Source: Thiobacillus sp.
GTDB taxonomy: Bacteria > Pseudomonadota > Gammaproteobacteria > Burkholderiales > Thiobacillaceae
DNA: 64,000 nucleotides
NCBI GenBank assembly: GCA_024235835.1
Contig: JACKLQ010000004.1
Location: 101,132 to 165,131, forward strand
Direction of reading: 5' to 3'
The notes beneath the pieces are model-generated. The model was not told where the DNA came from. It worked only from the letters and a program-made list of their open reading frames with translations, and did not search any database. Shown piece by piece: positions 60,957 through 64,000 of this stretch (its first letter is position 1; each line of letters starts with the position of its first letter). Both the position numbers and the translations under genes were made by a program.

Positions 60957-62033
60957 TATCCCACTCCCGAACAATTGCAGGCCATGAAGCCCGTCCTGCG
61001 ACAGTGGGCTACCGAGTTGGGTTTCGCCGACCTGGCTTTTGTCTCGGCAGAACTGGAGGGGGCTGAACAAAGGCTCATGGAATGGCTGGGGGGGGACTAT
61101 CACGGCAACATGGATTATATGGCGCGGCACGGCGCAACCCGCGCCCGTCCCCGGGAACTGGTCCCGGGCACCTGCTCGATCCTGACTGCCCGCCTTGACT
61201 ACCTGCCAGGTGGTGATGATGCCTGGTCCACCTTGGGCCAACCCGAACAGGCCTATCTGGCCCGCTATGCCCTGGGCCGGGACTACCACAAAATGGTGCG
61301 CACCCGCCTGCAAAGTCTGGCCAAGCGCATGGCGGAACAACTTGGGCCGTTCCAGTTTCGAGCCTTTTCCGACAGCGCACCGGTGATGGAGGTGGAAATC
61401 GCCCGCCGCACCCGCCTGGGCTGGGAGGGCAAGCACACCCTGCTGCTCACCCGCCAGGGTTCCTGGTTCTTCCTGGGGGAACTGTTCACCAACCTCCCCT
61501 TTCCCTCCGACCCGGCTCATCCCGAACACTGTGGAAGTTGCCAGGCATGCATCGAAATCTGTCCCACCCGGGCCATCCTGGCGCCCCATGTGCTGGACGC
61601 CCGCCGCTGCATCTCCTACCTGACCATCGAGCTTGACGGCCCCATTCCGGTGGAATTGCGCCCTCTCCTGGGCAACCGCATCTATGGCTGCGACGACTGC
61701 CAGTTGGCCTGTCCCTGGAACCGCCTTGCAAAACACGCCCCCCTGCCAGACTTCCTGCCGCGGCATGGCCTGGACCAGGCCACCTTGCTGACATTGTTCG
61801 CCTGGGATGAGGCCACTTTCATGGCACGCATGGAGGGCTCCCCCATTCGCCGCATCGGTCACGCCCGCTGGCTGCGCAACCTGGCGGTGGCGTTGGGCAA
61901 TGCGCCTCGAAGCCAGGACACCATCGAAGCACTGGAAGCGAGGGCAGATCATCCCTCGGCCCTGGTGCGGGAACATTTACAATGGGCGCTAGACCGCCAA
62001 CATCGTCACCAGCCACCCGAACATGAAGTTTGA
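60948..62033 (+). CDS. queG: Epoxyqueuosine reductase
   Basis: CGSCQACIEICPTRAI and CDDCQLACPWN ferredoxin motifs, followed by HEAT-like repeats. Confidence 0.9.
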   Translation: MPHYPTPEQLQAMKPVLRQWATELGFADLAFVSAELEGAEQRLMEWLGGDYHGNMDYMARHGATRARPRELVPGTCSILTARLDYLPGGDDAWSTLGQPEQAYLARYALGRDYHKMVRTRLQSLAKRMAEQLGPFQFRAFSDSAPVMEVEIARRTRLGWEGKHTLLLTRQGSWFFLGELFTNLPFPSDPAHPEHCGSCQACIEICPTRAILAPHVLDARRCISYLTIELDGPIPVELRPLLGNRIYGCDDCQLACPWNRLAKHAPLPDFLPRHGLDQATLLTLFAWDEATFMARMEGSPIRRIGHARWLRNLAVALGNAPRSQDTIEALEARADHPSALVREHLQWALDRQHRHQPPEHEV

Positions 62034-62835
62034 ACTGGACCCCAGCAGCCCCATAGGTGTTTTTGATTCCGGCGTGGGAGGTTTGACGGTTGTCCGGGCC
62101 CTCATGGAACGCCTGCCTTTCGAGTCCATCTATTACTTCGGCGACACGGCCCGGGTGCCCTACGGCATCAAGTCGGTGCAGACCATCGCCCACTACACCA
62201 CCCAGATCACCGAATTCCTGCTGGAAAAGCAGGTGAAACTGCTGATCATTGCCTGCAACACCATGGCGGCCGTCTCCGCCCAGGTGGTGCGGGATCTCTC
62301 CCCCGCTCCGGTGCTGGACGTCATTGAGGCTGGCGCCCTGGCCGCCCTGGCCGCCAGCAGCACCAACCGTATCGGCGTCATCGGCACTCCCACCACCATC
62401 AACAGCAACGCCTACGCCCAGGCCATCCATGCCATCGAGCCCCAGGCCCGGCTTACGTCCCAGGCCTGTGCCCTGTTCGTACCCCTGGTGGAGGAAGGCT
62501 GGCTGGAACACCCCGTTACCCGCATGACCGCCCAGGAATACCTGCGGCCGGTCATGGCGGAAAAGGTGGACACCCTGGTGCTGGGATGTACCCACTACCC
62601 CCTTCTCAAACCCCTGCTTCAGGACGTGGTGGGCCCGCAGGTCACCCTGGTGGATTCCGCAAATGCAATGGCAGAGCGGGCAGCTGCCCTCCTGACCGAC
62701 ATGAACCTGCACAACACCAGGCGCACGGCCCCAGAATACCGCTTCTGGGTTACCGACGTGCCCCTACGCTTCCAGTCCATAGGCGAGCGTTTCCTGGGGC
62801 GCACCCTTAGCAATGTCCACGTCGCCGCATTATGA
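62023..62835 (+). CDS. murI: Glutamate racemase
   Basis: IGVFDSGVGGLTV, ACNT and LGCTHYP catalytic Cys motifs. Confidence 0.93.
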   Translation: MKFELDPSSPIGVFDSGVGGLTVVRALMERLPFESIYYFGDTARVPYGIKSVQTIAHYTTQITEFLLEKQVKLLIIACNTMAAVSAQVVRDLSPAPVLDVIEAGALAALAASSTNRIGVIGTPTTINSNAYAQAIHAIEPQARLTSQACALFVPLVEEGWLEHPVTRMTAQEYLRPVMAEKVDTLVLGCTHYPLLKPLLQDVVGPQVTLVDSANAMAERAAALLTDMNLHNTRRTAPEYRFWVTDVPLRFQSIGERFLGRTLSNVHVAAL

Positions 62836-62946
62836 AAGCGGAATTTCTCCACTCATGCCGGGATGTCTTTGATATTTGTCATCCATCCCCGACCTCATGC
62901 GTTTGTAGTATCAGAAAAAGTCAATTCCCTTAACGAAAGGAACACC

Positions 62947-63249
62947 ATGAAACTGCTGACCACCTTGGTAATTACTTCCTCCCTGCTGCTGACTGGCACC
63001 GCAATGGCTGACGCAACCCTTGCCACCAAGAACAAATGCAACACCTGCCATGCTCTGGACAAGAAGATGATGGGTCCCAGCTGGAAGGCAGTAGCCGCCA
63101 AGAACAAGGGCCAGAAAGACGCCGAGGCCGCTGTCGCCAAGGCCATCACTTCCGGCAGCAAGGGCAAGTACGGCAAGATCCCCATGCCGCCCCAGCCGAA
63201 GGCCCAGGCTGATGCAGCTGCCCTGGCCAAGTGGATTCTTGCCCAGTAA
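62947..63249 (+). CDS. Small periplasmic class I c-type cytochrome (c551/c552-like)
   Basis: Signal peptide, CNTCHA heme site and a distal IPMPP Met ligand. 100 aa. Start trimmed to MKLLTTL. Confidence 0.85.
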   Translation: MKLLTTLVITSSLLLTGTAMADATLATKNKCNTCHALDKKMMGPSWKAVAAKNKGQKDAEAAVAKAITSGSKGKYGKIPMPPQPKAQADAAALAKWILAQ

Positions 63250-63271
63250 GAGACTGTTCGGAAAATGGATG

Positions 63272-63299
63272 AACGCGGACTTCGAGTCCGCGTTTTTTT
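63272..63299 (+). terminator. Rho-independent terminator after the cytochrome c gene
   Basis: AACGCGGACT-TCG-AGTCCGCGTT followed by a T-run. Confidence 0.9.
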
Positions 63300-63591
63300 G
63301 TATCCTGGCGGAGCGGTGTCTTCCTAACTATCCCATATAAGCCGCACCGCTACTGCACTTCCTGCAACTCACCACACGCAATTACCACGATTATTACCAC
63401 GCTTTGCAGCTCAATACCCTGCGCCTATTCTTAGGCTAGATTCCCAGTCAGTGGGGCACACACACCAAACGCCACCCCCTGGGGGGCCTTTGCGGCAGGT
63501 GGGGGGTGATTTTTCGGGGCCTTTAGGCGTAGTGCTTCTGTCTGTGGATTTTGGCTTGATTGGTCCGATAACAGGGGAGGGGTGGTTTTTC

Positions 63592-64000
63592 ATGTTGCAA
63601 GAGCTTCCAGTGCTTGCGATGACTGCATGGCTTTCGGAGCTATCAGCCCAAAGCATGCGGGAGGACCCTTTCCCTCTACACCAGCTTCTCCAAGACTCGC
63701 TTTACTACCCCTCCTGCGGCTTCGACGGTGACCCGGTGAAATACCTCGGGGGGAACATTCTGAGCTTCATCTATGTGGACTATGGCCGCACACGGGATGA
63801 GGAGGAATACGCGCTCGGCTATCCAGGGTTTCGAGGGTATGACCTGCTGGCATCACGTAGCGTCACGGAGCAGGAGTTAACCCCGAATGGATGGCACCCC
63901 ATACCACCCACTTATGACGATGGGGACCCTCTTCGTTTTCGGCAGTGGGTACAACGTCCGTTCTGTACGTGGTCAATCTTCCAACGCAGAGAGGACATTC
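63592..64000 (+). CDS. Hypothetical protein, 5' part (open to window end; absent from ORF track)
   Basis: Read by hand: MLQELPVLAMTAWLSELSAQSMREDPFPLHQLLQDSLYYPSCGFDGDPVKYLGGNILSFIYVDYG..., with no stop through 64000. GGAGG lies about 11 nt upstream. GC is lower than the core genes. Confidence 0.45.
   Translation, partial: MLQELPVLAMTAWLSELSAQSMREDPFPLHQLLQDSLYYPSCGFDGDPVKYLGGNILSFIYVDYGRTRDEEEYALGYPGFRGYDLLASRSVTEQELTPNGWHPIPPTYDDGDPLRFRQWVQRPFCTWSIFQRREDI

Noticed and set aside
60957-61976. N-terminal 340 residues of the 498-aa minus-strand ORF containing TsaE.
   Set aside because: This part is antisense to queG, which has clear Fe-S and HEAT motifs. Only the C-terminal 158 codons show the TsaE P-loop family pattern.
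63411-63656. 81-aa minus-strand ORF in the terminal low-GC region.
   Set aside because: It has no RBS and a Pro/Gly/Ser-rich translation that spans the REP-like palindrome. It overlaps the better-supported plus-strand ORF start at 63592.

Overview
GC-rich chromosomal segment. Its gene content looks like a sulfur-oxidising, denitrifying betaproteobacterium (Thiobacillus/Sulfuritalea-like), but that taxonomic guess is inference only. All family calls rest on motifs I recognise in the supplied translations and on gene order. No database search was possible. The ORF track uses alternative start codons (TTG/GTG shown as M), so many starts were re-trimmed by reading the DNA.

Layout:
- 0-8 kb: housekeeping genes (rimM fragment, rpsP, ffh, ypjD-like, a GGDEF cyclase, an S24 peptidase coupled to mutL, tal) plus a secreted Met/Gly-rich protein.
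- 8-10.3 kb: a polytopic membrane protein and a lower-GC collagen-like secreted protein.
- 10.4-18.2 kb: a composite Zur-type zinc-acquisition island. It holds DUF3299, a ZnuB-like permease, a ZnuA-like binding protein, a porin-like OMP, a small secreted Cys protein, a ZrgC/ZrgB-like ABC pair, a ZrgA/DUF2796-like protein, a ZIP transporter and Zur.
- 18.3-32.1 kb: an NO/denitrification block. It holds a hemerythrin, a 36-aa peptide, DUF2249 and a membrane-protein operon. It also holds nirS-nirC-nirF-nirDL-nirG-nirH-nirJ-nirN on the minus strand, and a small membrane protein with norC-norB on the plus strand behind two FNR/DNR-type boxes.
- 32.2-38.7 kb: PhoU-like protein, HExxH protein, a divergent HDAC/Pat pair, and a methionine gamma-lyase-family enzyme.
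- 38.8-53.2 kb: cysG plus a complete oxidative-type dsrABEFHCMKLJOPNR cluster.
- 53.5-57.3 kb: an operon divergent from dsrA. It encodes an 80-aa unknown, an orphan Cas6/Cmx6-like RAMP protein, a cysteine-less DsrC paralogue, a rhodanese, a 198-aa unknown and a TauD-like dioxygenase.
- 57.3-64 kb: a soluble GAF histidine kinase with a NarL-type regulator, amiC, tsaE, queG, murI, a small cytochrome c, then a lower-GC stretch with an ORF that runs off the window.

No rRNA, tRNA, CRISPR array, transposase or integrase was seen.

The best candidate for something undescribed is the dsrA-divergent operon with the CRISPR-less Cas6-like gene, together with the perfect 22-bp palindrome in the shared promoter region. 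Other candidates are the collagen-like protein, the Met-rich periplasmic protein, the Cys/Gly-tailed DsrR, the paralogous His-containing membrane proteins behind DNR-like boxes, and a 60-bp repeat-flanked in-frame segment in nirJ.
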